From the NCBI GenBank assembly GCA_017429985.1, contig JAFRNW010000019.1, forward strand, positions 13,291 to 77,290: DNA of 64,000 bases, given 5' to 3'. Each line of letters opens with the position of its first letter. Within the stretch, counting starts at the first letter, position 1. Position numbers and translations under genes: made by a program. The notes below the pieces were generated by a model. The model was given only the letters and a program-made list of their open reading frames with translations. It was not told the DNA's origin and searched no databases. The stretch comes from Clostridia bacterium. GTDB taxonomy: Bacteria > Bacillota > Clostridia > Christensenellales > CAG-138. Below are positions 59,282-64,000 of this stretch, piece after piece.

Positions 59282-60882
59282 GGAGCAGAGTACGGAAGTC
59301 CGCCGCCGTGATCCTTGCCCTTGCCGTGCTGTGCGACGTTTTTGCCGGCTGCCACGGTTCGGTCGGGGCGGACGCATTCGCCATTCCGGAGGAATTCGAT
59401 ACGCAGGGGCAGTATGCCATTACGTTCTGGGCCAAGAATGACACGAACCGGACGCAGGTTGCCATCTACAGGAAGGCAATCGCGGATTTTCAGGAGTATT
59501 ATCCGAACGTTACGGTGAATCTCAGACTGTACACGGATTACGGAAAGATCTATAACGACGTGATCAGCAATATCGCCACGGGCACGACCCCGAACGTGTG
59601 TATCAGCTATCCGGATCATATCGCGACCTATCTGACCGGCGTCAATACCGTCGTGCCGCTGGAGGATCTGTTCCGGGACGCCCGGTACGGCCTCGGCGGG
59701 AGCGAGGTCCGGTTTGAAGCCCCGCGCACCGAGGAGGTCGTTCCGGAGTTTCTGAACGAATGCCGGATCGGAGAGCATTTCTACGCGATCCCCTTCATGC
59801 GCTCCACCGAAGCGCTGTATATCAACAAGACCTATGTGGAGAAACTCGGGTATGAGATCCCGGACGTGCCGACCTGGGATTTCGTCTGGGAGGTGGCGGA
59901 CGCCGCCACGGAGAAGGACGCCGGAGGCGTATACAAGGTGAACGGGCAGAAGGTCATGATCCCGTTCATATACAAATCCACGGACAATATGATGATCCAG
60001 ATGCTGAAGCAGCGCAACGCGGGCTATTCCGATGCGGAAGGCGGGATCGAGATCTTCAACGACACGACAAAGGAGATCCTGTACACGGTGGGAGAGCACG
60101 CGGGGAAAGGCGCGTTCTCCACGTTCAAGATCTCCAGCTATCCCGGGAACTTCCTGAACGCCGGGCAGTGCATCTTCGCCATCGATTCGACGGCCGGAGC
60201 GACATGGATGGGATCCAACGCGCCGCTGATGGATATCAGCGCGGACAAGGTCGTCCCGTTCGAGACGGAAGTCAGAATGATCCCGCAGTTCGACCCGGCG
60301 CATCCGAAAATGATCTCCCAGGGACCGTCGATCTGCGTGTTCAACAAGAAGGATCCGCAGGAAGTGCTCGCTGCGTGGCTGTTCGCCCAGTTCCTGCTGA
60401 CGGACGGCGTGCAGACCGCCTATGCCGAAACGGAAGGGTATGTTCCCGTAACGCTCCGGGCGGAACAGTCGGCGGAGTATCAGGATTACCTTTCGAGAGA
60501 GGGAGAGGACAACAAAACCTATTACGACGTGAAGATCCGCGCGTCGAAGCTTCTGATGGAAAATACCGGGAATACGTTTGTTACGCCTGTTTTCAACGGA
60601 TCGACCTCGCTCAGGGACGCCGCGGGGCAGATGATTGAGAACGTTGCCAAATCGGTCAGGCGGAAGGAGAAGATCGACGACGCGTATCTTGAGAAGCTGT
60701 TCGACGACGTGACTGCGCTTTACAGGCTCAATCAGCTTTCAAGCGCAAATACGTCCGGGAGAAAGGATCTCGGACCGCTGCCGAAGACGTCGGTGGCCCT
60801 GCTGGCCGCACTCTGTACCGCATGGGTGCTGATCGGCGTCTATGTCCTCGTGAACAGGCTGAGGAAAAAGGATAAGAAATGA
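59278..60882 (+). CDS. Extracellular solute-binding protein with C-terminal TM anchor
   Basis: AGC lipobox-like signal, PFMRSTEALYIN, QGPSI; ends with a TM segment and RLRKKDKK. Confidence 0.85.
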   Translation: MRSRVRKSAAVILALAVLCDVFAGCHGSVGADAFAIPEEFDTQGQYAITFWAKNDTNRTQVAIYRKAIADFQEYYPNVTVNLRLYTDYGKIYNDVISNIATGTTPNVCISYPDHIATYLTGVNTVVPLEDLFRDARYGLGGSEVRFEAPRTEEVVPEFLNECRIGEHFYAIPFMRSTEALYINKTYVEKLGYEIPDVPTWDFVWEVADAATEKDAGGVYKVNGQKVMIPFIYKSTDNMMIQMLKQRNAGYSDAEGGIEIFNDTTKEILYTVGEHAGKGAFSTFKISSYPGNFLNAGQCIFAIDSTAGATWMGSNAPLMDISADKVVPFETEVRMIPQFDPAHPKMISQGPSICVFNKKDPQEVLAAWLFAQFLLTDGVQTAYAETEGYVPVTLRAEQSAEYQDYLSREGEDNKTYYDVKIRASKLLMENTGNTFVTPVFNGSTSLRDAAGQMIENVAKSVRRKEKIDDAYLEKLFDDVTALYRLNQLSSANTSGRKDLGPLPKTSVALLAALCTAWVLIGVYVLVNRLRKKDKK

Positions 60883-60919
60883 ACTGGATCCTGCGGCGAA
60901 TGAGACCGGGAGGTGTGGA

Positions 60920-61543
60920 ATGATCCGCAACATCGTTTTTGACATGGGCAATGTGCTCCTGCGGTTCGACCCGGACCGCTTTATGGACCGTGTCGGCCTG
61001 ACGGAGCCTTCGGACAGGGAATGGATGGACAGGGAGGTTTTCCGTTCCGTCGAATGGGCGAAGACCGACCGCGGTTCCCTGACGCCCGATGAAGCGGCGC
61101 GGATCATGAAGCCCCGGGTTCCGGAACATCTGCGGCCTTTCGTGGACAGACTGGTGTGCGGATGGGCGGACGAGATCCTGCCGATGCCCGGCATGGCGGA
61201 TCTGATCGGCGAACTGAAGGCGGCGGGTTACCGAATCTATCTGCTCAGCAACGCCGGGACCAACCACGGCGAATACTGGACGAGGATCCCGGGGAGCGAT
61301 CTGTTCGACGGGCTGGTCGTATCGGCGGAAGTGGGATGCATCAAGCCGGAGCGTGAAATTTATGGGATCCTGATCGACCGGTTTTCCCTCGTGCCGGAGG
61401 AGTGCGTGTTCGTCGACGATCTTCCTCTGAACGTGGAAGCGGCGACCCGGTGGGGGATGCGCGGCATCGTATTTCATGAGGACGCTGGGGAGCTGCTGAG
61501 AAAACTGAAGGAAATCGGCGTGGACCTCCGCGGACGCGCATAG
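60920..61543 (+). CDS. HAD-superfamily phosphatase
   Basis: FDMGNVL, LLSN, KP, FVDD. Confidence 0.9.
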   Translation: MIRNIVFDMGNVLLRFDPDRFMDRVGLTEPSDREWMDREVFRSVEWAKTDRGSLTPDEAARIMKPRVPEHLRPFVDRLVCGWADEILPMPGMADLIGELKAAGYRIYLLSNAGTNHGEYWTRIPGSDLFDGLVVSAEVGCIKPEREIYGILIDRFSLVPEECVFVDDLPLNVEAATRWGMRGIVFHEDAGELLRKLKEIGVDLRGRA

Positions 61544-61667
61544 GCGCTTTTCATCGTCCAAAATGCGAATTTATGCGGAATTTCATGTGACAATTGTTGA
61601 TTTGTCGAATCTTTTCAGTATAATGAAACTGTTCGATGAACGATAAAATGAAGGAAGGAATCAGAAA

Positions 61668-62444
61668 ATGAAAAAGATAGTTGCATGCATGCTCGTATTA
61701 TTGATGGCTCTTGCGGCAGTCGGCTGCGCCAAGAAGACCGAGGCGCCGGCAGCGGAAAAGGATATTTTCGCGAAATCCGAGGGCGTCATGTCCTATGCGG
61801 ATTATGTCGCTGCGGAAGACGGAGCTGACATTGTGATTGAAGCATTTGTGCAGGCGATCGCCTACAATGCAACCTATGGCAATGCTTCTCTGTTCCTCGC
61901 AGATAAAGACGGCGCATATTATGTGTACAGAATGCCCTGCACGGACGCGGATGCTGCAAAGCTGACCGTTGGATCCAAGATCAAAGTGACCGGCCAGAGA
62001 GGATCCTGGTCCGGCGAGCTGGAAGTCGCGGAGGGGACGGCCACCTATGAGCTTCTGGAAGGAAACTATGTCGCGCCGGCGGTTGACGTCACCGACGATA
62101 TGGACGCAGAGGACGTACTGGTCCAGAAAATGAATCAGCGTATCGCCATCAAGGGAGCGGAAGTCGTTGCCTCCCCGATCGAGGGCGATGCGACGGAATA
62201 TGTGTTCTGGTACGGCTGGGAGAATACGGCACAGCCCGGCGAGAACGCAGACCTGTATTTCAATGTCGCTGTGAACGGCGTCAACTACAATCTCTGCGTT
62301 GAGTCCGACGAGTGCGGCCAGGATACGGACGTCTACAAAGCGGTCGAAGGCCTGAAGATCGGCGACAAGGTGGATCTGGAAGGATTCCTGTACTGGTACA
62401 ACGGCGCGAACCCGCACATTACCTCCGTTGTGAAAGCCGGCTGA
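61668..62444 (+). CDS. Lipoprotein, probably two OB-fold-like domains
   Basis: AVGC lipobox; L.VGSKIKVTG and LKIGDKVDLEG repeats. Confidence 0.7.
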   Translation: MKKIVACMLVLLMALAAVGCAKKTEAPAAEKDIFAKSEGVMSYADYVAAEDGADIVIEAFVQAIAYNATYGNASLFLADKDGAYYVYRMPCTDADAAKLTVGSKIKVTGQRGSWSGELEVAEGTATYELLEGNYVAPAVDVTDDMDAEDVLVQKMNQRIAIKGAEVVASPIEGDATEYVFWYGWENTAQPGENADLYFNVAVNGVNYNLCVESDECGQDTDVYKAVEGLKIGDKVDLEGFLYWYNGANPHITSVVKAG

Positions 62445-62469
62445 CCTGCCTGACAGAATCGGATAACAC

Positions 62470-62497
62470 AAGGCTGCCCGAACGGGGCAGCCTTTTT
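62470..62497 (+). terminator. Intrinsic terminator
   Basis: AAGGCTGCCC...GGGCAGCCTTTTT. Confidence 0.8.
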
Positions 62498-62557
62498 CAT
62501 TTGTCTGTTTTGCAAACCGGAACAGGATCGGAAGACATTTGGTTGCTGCTTGCGGGA

Positions 62558-63730
62558 TCATTTCAGCTTTCCGGGTCTGCCGCAGAAGACGATGTCCATG
62601 CCGGCATGATCGGATGACCCGTCCCATTCCCTGACGCAGACGCGGCCGACCTTGCTGCTTGCCTCCACGATATACTTGGTCCCGTCCACTTCACCGAGAT
62701 AGACGGCGGCATGGTGGATGCCCATATACCGCTTGCAGTGCGGCGCCGTGCTGCAGGTGCAGACGATGCCGGGCTTGTATGCAAAGAACATGAAGTCCCC
62801 GGGTTTCAGATCGGTATACTTGACCTCGTGCTTTTTCAGCGTTTCCGCCTGCCAGTCCGAACGCCTCGGGAGCGTGATCCTGTTGTCCAGGCCCGCATAG
62901 AACAGAAGCATGCTGCAGTCGATGTTGCCTTCCCTTGTACCGTAGTACCGTCCGGTATATCGGAGAGCGGACAGAACGATGGCTTCGCCGGTATGGTGGG
63001 TCTCATCGAGAGAGTCGATGTACGCCTGCACGTCGTCCGCGTTTTCGCGCGTGAGCTTCGTCCCGCTGTAGAGGCAGTTCTTGATGTTGATCGTCTTGTT
63101 CGGCTGCGGACGGTCGGAAGTGACGCGGATCTTGCAGACGGCCCTGTTTCCCGTCCCGTCGTTCGCTTTTGCCGTGATGGTGGCGGTCCCTTTTTTGAGC
63201 CCGACCACGACGCCGTACTCGTCGATCAGCGCAATGGACTTATCCGAGCTCTTCCACGTCGTCGTGCTGCACTCGTTGTCGTCCGAATAGCAGTATGAGA
63301 TCAGCTGGCAGACGCCGCCGCCGTAAATGTCCGTTTCGGAAAGATTGAGATAGAAAGCGGGTTTCGGCGTTGCGTCCGGATCCGGGGTATCCTTCGGGGA
63401 TTCCGTCTTTTTTGCCCGGGGCGTTTTTGTCGGCTTGGGCGAAGGGGTCGGTTCCTCGGTCGGCTCCGGCGTAGGCGTCGGTTCCGGCGTCGGCGTCGGG
63501 GAAGGCGTCGGAGTGGGGGTGCACGGTACGGGAGACGCCGCGCGGACGACGGAGAGATCCACAAGAACCGGTTCGGGCGACGGAGACGCGGTCGGTTCCG
63601 GAGGGTCGGCCACGACCGCCTCGTGAGAGGCGCAGGCAGCGAGGGAGAGCGCAAGGCAGACCGAAATAACGACCGTTTCCGCCGCCCGCTTCACTCGCAG
63701 TATTCCGTTTGCCAGGTTATTCGTATCCAT
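62558..63730 (-). CDS. NlpC/P60 peptidoglycan hydrolase with Ig-like (Big_2) domain
   Basis: PT linker; WKSSDKSIA...G.V......GTATITA; IDCS, LPR, LKPGD..FF, HHAAVYLG. Confidence 0.85.
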   Translation of the reverse strand: MDTNNLANGILRVKRAAETVVISVCLALSLAACASHEAVVADPPEPTASPSPEPVLVDLSVVRAASPVPCTPTPTPSPTPTPEPTPTPEPTEEPTPSPKPTKTPRAKKTESPKDTPDPDATPKPAFYLNLSETDIYGGGVCQLISYCYSDDNECSTTTWKSSDKSIALIDEYGVVVGLKKGTATITAKANDGTGNRAVCKIRVTSDRPQPNKTINIKNCLYSGTKLTRENADDVQAYIDSLDETHHTGEAIVLSALRYTGRYYGTREGNIDCSMLLFYAGLDNRITLPRRSDWQAETLKKHEVKYTDLKPGDFMFFAYKPGIVCTCSTAPHCKRYMGIHHAAVYLGEVDGTKYIVEASSKVGRVCVREWDGSSDHAGMDIVFCGRPGKLK

Positions 63731-63952
63731 CGTGAACCGCCCGCTGATATTTCAGCATAAACGTACCATGCGGAGGAGGAATCATCCATGCGCGAAGGGA
63801 ACAGTTTTCTATTTTTTAACATTATGTCCATCCCGGGATGAGGCGCCGGAAGGGGCTGAAAATGTCACAATTCACACAATTACATTTGTATTTGTTTTAA
63901 CAATTTTCAGGTATGATATGATATGGAATAAGCGAAATCAGGAGCGATCACT

Positions 63953-64000
63953 ATGAAGCGTTTTTTTCAGAATATCGGTTACAGATTCAGTCAGTGGATG
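63953..64000 (+). CDS. Start of a gene running off the window
   Basis: AGGAG RBS, then ATG MKRFFQNIGYRFSQWM, open to the window edge. Confidence 0.45.
   Translation, partial: MKRFFQNIGYRFSQWM

Noticed and set aside
63440-63530. Short GGCGTCGG-type repeats (also near 3770-3850)
   Set aside because: They encode ordinary Pro/Thr linkers of secreted enzymes.

Overview
A 64-kb chromosomal segment from a moderately GC-rich anaerobic Bacillota (Clostridia-like) bacterium. The taxon is inferred from gene content and sigmaA-type promoters. The backbone is housekeeping and metabolic: mutY, dnaX-ybaB-recR, nrdG-nrdD-trxB, radA, rph, a CobW pair, two carbohydrate-type ABC operons and a lipid-metabolism-like operon. 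A raiA-motif ncRNA (2500-2700) lies upstream of a zinc-ribbon protein gene. The most striking structure is an 18-kb insertion at tRNA-Arg(CCG). The original tRNA is split at its 7-nt anticodon loop: the 5' half is at 48163-48201 and the perfectly complementary 3' half at 30115-30159. Between them are two tandem cassettes (about 7.7 and 10.3 kb) with homologous ends, paired TGTAGTA arm-like repeats, unrelated cargo and no integrase that I can find. The promoter-proximal cassette brings a complete replacement tRNA-Arg(CCG) of different sequence instead of repairing the host gene. Cassette 1 carries a Dlt-like aminoacylation cluster with an extra PLP enzyme. All family calls come from motif recognition by eye; no searches were run.
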